From contig NC_057718.1 of NCBI RefSeq assembly GCF_004010195.1, positions 29,841,245 to 29,905,244 on the forward strand: a DNA stretch of 64,000 bases, written 5' to 3'. This document shows positions 63,616 to 64,000 of the stretch, one piece after another. The DNA is from Chiloscyllium plagiosum (Eukaryota). Position 1 is the first letter of the stretch, and every line of letters begins with the position of its first letter. The notes under the pieces were generated by a model. That model did no database searches. It saw nothing but the letters and a program-made list of their open reading frames with translations, and had not been told where the DNA came from. The translations under genes were made by a program, and so were the position numbers.

Positions 63616-64000
63616 TCGGAACTGGGTGAATGAAACAAAGGTCATGGGGTGGTTGATAACTGGTCAGGGCACTCAGATGTAAGAGATCTCATTTTTACAC
63701 ATGTTCGAGATAACAGATTCAAACTGAGCACAAAACAATTTAAATTATGTATCTCATATGCTGCTCTAATTCCCAAATCCAGTCACGATGTAATTTCCAC
63801 TGTAAATAGCCTGAAACAAAAAATAAGAGCAGGATTATGCCATTTGACTCTTTGAGCTTTCTGTGTCATTTGATATAATCGTGATTGATCATCCAACCGA
63901 GTACACTATTCCTGCTTTCTCACTGCACTCTTCGATCAGTTTAGACCTATCAACAATATTTTACTCTTTGATGAAAGCAGTCTATGTTTTGTCCTCAACC

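Overview
Repeat-dense vertebrate genomic DNA, most likely elasmobranch (shark), inferred from HE1-type V-SINEs and the CR1/Penelope repertoire. I found no intact protein-coding gene. Almost all ORFs in the track are fragments of decayed retroelements. The main contents are: (i) many CR1 LINE fragments, often nested; (ii) at least four Penelope-like element (PLE) tail families carrying minimal hammerhead-ribozyme motifs, several inserted as fold-back (inverted) units with target-site duplications (TSDs); (iii) a full-length but decayed L1-clade element (32304-37960) and a second L1 fragment; (iv) a Rex1/Babar LINE, L2 remnants, SINEs, a Tigger/pogo-like MITE and two solo LTRs; (v) fossil Copia (GalEa-like) RT/RNase H and Helitron Rep/helicase remnants; and (vi) a processed pseudogene of ATP synthase F1 gamma (55279-56186, minus strand) that the ORF track does not show. 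It sits inside a SINE and carries an in-frame 84-nt insertion that also occurs about 10.6 kb away. A few isolated exon-like segments may belong to an unidentified host gene. There are two assembly gaps (2432-2507, 11187-11438). All family calls come from motif recognition by eye, without database searches, and boundaries of old repeats are approximate.
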